NCBI GenBank assembly: GCA_963810165.1 | Contig: CAWEMG010000020.1 | Span: 2,243-66,242 of the forward strand | Origin: an uncultured Gemmatimonadales bacterium | GTDB taxonomy: Bacteria; Gemmatimonadota; Gemmatimonadetes; Gemmatimonadales; GWC2-71-9 | Direction of reading: 5' to 3' | DNA length: 64,000 bases | Part shown: positions 61,732 to 64,000 of the stretch, piece after piece | Layout: each line of letters begins with the position of its first letter | How positions within the stretch are numbered: position 1 is the first letter of the stretch | Made by a program: the position numbers and the translations under genes | Notes under the pieces: model-generated | What the model was told of the DNA's origin: nothing | Database searches by the model: none | What the model saw: the letters and a program-made list of their open reading frames with translations, nothing else

Positions 61732-64000
61732 TGTCGGAGCTGGGACAGGACCTCCGCTATGCGCTGCGCCAGGCGCGAAAGAATCCGGGCTTCACCGCCG
61801 CTGTGGTGCTCACCCTGGCCCTGGCGATTGGGGCGAATACTGCGGTATCGAGTCTGGTGAATGGAGTGTTGCTGCGTCCGCTGCCTTATGGCGAGAGCGG
61901 CCGGCTCTACACCGTATTGCAGCAGCGCTCGCCCGACGAAGCCCGGCTGGCATCGTATCCAACCTTTGTCGATTGGCAGCAACAGGGCGGGGTATTCGAG
62001 AATCTGGCATATGTGCGCGGCCTGACCATGATCCATCCCACCCCCGATGGTCCCGAACAAGTCCTGGCAGGCTACGTATCAGACGACTTCCTGGCCACGG
62101 TCGGTACCCGCCCGATGCTCGGGCGCGGTTTCCGGCCCGAGGAGCTGCGTCCCGCGGAAAGTCATGTGGCGGTTATTTCGCATACGCTCTGGCGGCGACG
62201 ATTCGGCAGCGATCCCAAGGCCGTCGGCCGATCGATGACGCTAGGCAACGCGAGCTTCACCGTCATCGGGGTCATGCCGCCGGGCTTTGCCTACCCTGAC
62301 TGGGCATCGCTGTGGATTCCGTTGGCGGCGCTGCCGAGCAATGACCAGGCGGTTCTGACTCAGCGGGGTAACCACACCGACAGTCGGGTGATCGCTCGCG
62401 TGCCGGCGGATCTGAGCCTGGCTGCGGTACAGACGCGGGCCGACGCAATGGCTGCACGCATAGCGGCGGCGCATCCGGCGGACAATGAGGGTTGGACTCG
62501 ACTCCAACTGGTGCCGCTGCGCGAACAGGTCCTGGGAGACGCCCGACCGAGACTGCTGGTCCTCACCGGAGCAGTCATTCTCGTGCTCCTGATCGCCTGT
62601 TCGAACCTCATCGGCCTCTCGCTGGCCCGGGCGACGGCCCGGTCAAGTGAGCTGGCAATCAGGATGGCCCTCGGCGCCCACCGCGCCCGGCTCATTCGCC
62701 AGCTGCTGGTGGAGCATCTGCTCCTTGCCCTGATGGGAGGGGTGCTGGGCTGGTTGCTGGCCGAGGTGGCGGTGGCCGGGCTGAAGAACAGCGCGCCCGA
62801 TGTGCTACCCAGGCTCGATGAGGTGACGGTGGATGGCCGGGTCCTGGCGTTATCTGTGGCTGTGACCGTGCTGAGCGGGGTGATCGTTGGGCTGATCCCG
62901 GCCTTGAGAGCGACGACGCCCGATCTGACCGGCTCCCTGCGGGAAGGAGCGCCGGCGGCCGGCAGTGGCACCGGGAAGGTGAGGCTGCGCTCAGCGCTCG
63001 TTGTTGCCCAGGTGTCGCTGGCGCTGGTGCTCCTGATCGGCGCCGGCCTCCTCATTCGGAGCTTCTGGCGGCTGCAGTCAGTAGAGCCTGGGTTCAACAC
63101 CCGGGATCTCGTCACCGTCCGGATCATGCCGCCCTCACCGCGATATGACGAGCCATCCCGCGCGGTGGCACTTTACCAACGGCTGGTGGAAGTCACCCGA
63201 GCGGTGCCGGGAGTGCAGTCGGTAGCTCTCACCAATCACGTGCCTGTCACCGGGGCTTCCATGCCGGCCCAGGTTCAGATCGAAGGCCGGAACAGTGCCG
63301 CCGCCGCGGGTGACATGGCGCTGTTCCGTACGGTGTCTCCCGGATACTTCACCACCATGGGTATCCCGGTCTTGCGAGGCAGGTCCCTGGATCAGACCGA
63401 CATGACCGCGGCAGGCGCGACGTTGCTGGTGAATGAAAGCTTTGCGCGGCGGTACTGGCCCGGTGGGAATCCGCTGGGAAAGCGGGTAGGCGTCCCGAAG
63501 TCGGTCCAGGCCCGCGCCGATTTTGGTCAGCTCGTGACCGGCACCGTCGTCGGTGTGGTGGGCGACGTGAGGCACTACGGTCTGGAGTCCGACCTGGAAC
63601 CGGAAGTGTACCTGCCCTATACGGTCAATCCACCCCGGTGGATTGCTCTAGTCGTCAGGACCGGCACCCAACCGGAGCAAACCATTCCGGCGTTGCGGCA
63701 GGCCGTCCGAAGCGTGGACCCGGATCTGCCTGTCACCGGCGCCGACTTCTGGGCGGGCTTTGCTACTATGGAACAGTACCTGGCGCAGGACGTGGCACCT
63801 CGCAAGTTCAACATGAGGTTGCTGACCGGCTTCGCGGGAGCGGCGCTGCTGCTCGCTTTGGTTGGCCTGTATGGTGTCATGTCGTACATGGTGGTTCAGC
63901 GCAGACGTGAGATTGCGGTGCGGCTGGCGGTGGGGGCCAAGCCATCGGACGTGCTGCGACTGGCACTGCGGCGAGCCATGGGGCTGACGCTCGCCGGCGT
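61731..64000 (+). CDS. ADOP/MacB-type FtsX-domain permease 4, 3' end outside the window
   Basis: Not in the ORF track because it has no stop in the window. My own translation from ATG 61731 (TGATG overlap) reads MSELGQDLRYALRQARKNPGFTAAVVLTLALAIGANTAV... It stays open and family-like (…REIAVRLAVGAKPSDVLRLAL…) to base 64000. Confidence 0.85.
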   Translation, partial: MSELGQDLRYALRQARKNPGFTAAVVLTLALAIGANTAVSSLVNGVLLRPLPYGESGRLYTVLQQRSPDEARLASYPTFVDWQQQGGVFENLAYVRGLTMIHPTPDGPEQVLAGYVSDDFLATVGTRPMLGRGFRPEELRPAESHVAVISHTLWRRRFGSDPKAVGRSMTLGNASFTVIGVMPPGFAYPDWASLWIPLAALPSNDQAVLTQRGNHTDSRVIARVPADLSLAAVQTRADAMAARIAAAHPADNEGWTRLQLVPLREQVLGDARPRLLVLTGAVILVLLIACSNLIGLSLARATARSSELAIRMALGAHRARLIRQLLVEHLLLALMGGVLGWLLAEVAVAGLKNSAPDVLPRLDEVTVDGRVLALSVAVTVLSGVIVGLIPALRATTPDLTGSLREGAPAAGSGTGKVRLRSALVVAQVSLALVLLIGAGLLIRSFWRLQSVEPGFNTRDLVTVRIMPPSPRYDEPSRAVALYQRLVEVTRAVPGVQSVALTNHVPVTGASMPAQVQIEGRNSAAAAGDMALFRTVSPGYFTTMGIPVLRGRSLDQTDMTAAGATLLVNESFARRYWPGGNPLGKRVGVPKSVQARADFGQLVTGTVVGVVGDVRHYGLESDLEPEVYLPYTVNPPRWIALVVRTGTQPEQTIPALRQAVRSVDPDLPVTGADFWAGFATMEQYLAQDVAPRKFNMRLLTGFAGAALLLALVGLYGVMSYMVVQRRREIAVRLAVGAKPSDVLRLALRRAMGLTLAG

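Noticed and set aside
1-64000. tRNA, rRNA, tmRNA, transposase, integrase, prophage or defence-system genes
   Set aside because: I found no cloverleaf-like T-arm motifs, no rRNA-like stretches and no ORF with transposase, recombinase, phage or known defence-system motifs. Absence is by eye only and should be confirmed with tRNAscan, Infernal and HMM searches.

Overview
High-G+C bacterial chromosomal segment. Lines I counted are about two thirds G+C, but the first ~1.27 kb is only ~55%. It is probably from Gemmatimonadota or Acidobacteriota; this is an inference from the tandem ADOP-type permeases, the ECF sigma factors and the short-tandem-repeat hairpins between genes.

I support about 48 protein genes. 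I saw no rRNA, tRNA, CRISPR, transposase, integrase or phage genes.

Gene blocks, in order:
- 1-1270: decayed low-GC patch with a PhaZ remnant.
- 1.3-9.5 kb: envelope and metal-stress genes (HSL-type esterase, two ferritin-like exported proteins, an ECF sigma/anti-sigma pair with a hydrolase, DUF305 plus an LVIVD propeller).
- 10-26 kb: amidohydrolase, membrane Ser/Thr kinase, TPR protein, S15 and S9 peptidases, a second ECF sigma with a YCII protein, small lipoproteins.
- 26.3-33.3 kb: a complete ligase-associated DNA damage response operon (exonuclease, ATP-dependent ligase, Lhr-like helicase, PdeM) with an extra zinc-ribbon MBL-fold gene inserted.
- 35-43.4 kb: glycan island (GH2, two GH1-like genes, a UGM-like flavoprotein, a glycosyltransferase).
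- 43.6-47.5 kb: SRPBCC/SDR/TrxR-like cluster.
- 47.5-64 kb: TonB-dependent receptor and TolB-like gene, divergent from a seven-gene efflux operon (HlyD adaptor, two ATPases, four tandem ~810-aa ADOP/MacB-type permeases; the last runs off the window).

Two things stand out beyond the genes:
- A family of intergenic, and in one case intragenic, hairpin elements. Their arms are tandem 7-9-nt repeats on one side and the complementary repeats on the other. Two of them enclose a conserved ~115-125-nt GTCACCCTGAGCG core, which also occurs in shorter stand-alone copies.
- Several dozen reading-frame breaks, very unevenly spread over the genes. Where I could localise a junction, it sits in a short C/G run.
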